Shown: positions 63,601 through 64,000 of the stretch, one piece after another
Layout: the number at the start of each line of letters is the position of its first letter
Position numbering within the stretch: the first letter of the stretch is position 1
Assembly (NCBI RefSeq): GCF_964355755.1
Contig: NC_092673.1
Location: forward strand, 30,563,648 to 30,627,647
DNA from: Antedon mediterranea
Taxonomy: Eukaryota > Animalia > Echinodermata
Direction of reading: 5' to 3'
DNA length: 64,000 nucleotides
Made by a program: the position numbers and the translations under genes
Notes under the pieces: model-generated
The model's input: only the letters and a program-made list of their open reading frames with translations
What the model was told of the DNA's origin: nothing
The model's database searches: none

Positions 63601-64000
63601 TTGTCCCAAACCTAAATTACACACATTACACACCTTTGGTTGGTATACATTTATTATCAACATGAGTTGAGATCTGGGCTTTTTACTACAAATGTAATAT
63701 TCAGGAAAACCAAATTACTTTGATGGAGTATTGGCCAACTGCAAAAGAGTACCCGAATTTTTTACTTCAACATTAAGTCCTCGAAATTAACTACGACTCA
63801 AGAATAGAAATATTTTGTATTATGTATTTATTGTTGTTATATTTTGTATCAATTTGAATTAGAAACTTATACACATTATGGAAATGTGATGAATTCATAG
63901 CCAATCGATCAGCATGTAGTTATGGTAACCAACTTTGATGAGTTCAATTATAATATGGAGAAGAATCTGGTGAAACTGTGAAATTTAAAACAAAATTGCA

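Overview
AT-rich, intron-rich animal genomic DNA, not prokaryotic. An invertebrate deuterostome such as an echinoderm is inferred from the Deu-type SINE and the ACE2-like genes. I hand-spliced five complete genes whose exons join in frame at GT-AG boundaries: (1) an SLC16/MCT-family transporter (+, 1687-13505, 6 exons); (2) EDEM3 (+, 14212-27788, 20 exons, C-terminal HEEL); (3) a homologue of plant DEX1, an FG-GAP membrane protein (-, 32701-40514, 13 exons); (4, 5) two tandem M2 metallopeptidases (+, 42392-50942 and 53948-62075, 13 exons each) that carry ACE2-type rather than ACE-type active-site residues but end in a GPI-like tail with no collectrin domain. Introns and intergenic DNA are dense with mobile elements: a CR1-group LINE splitting a MITE, an internally deleted Tx1/L1 element nested in an L2 3' end with a 14-bp TSD, a CR1 fragment, a Deu-core SINE, a Penelope-type end with a hammerhead core, several MITE families and a 71-bp x ~21 tandem array. 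Also notable are an intact tRNA cloverleaf with the unusual ATC anticodon inside an (AT)n-flanked cassette, and TA-anchored 5-6 bp insertions (TACAGTA, TACTGTA, TAGGCCTA) that look like transposon excision footprints. All calls come from manual reading and recalled family motifs; no searches were run.
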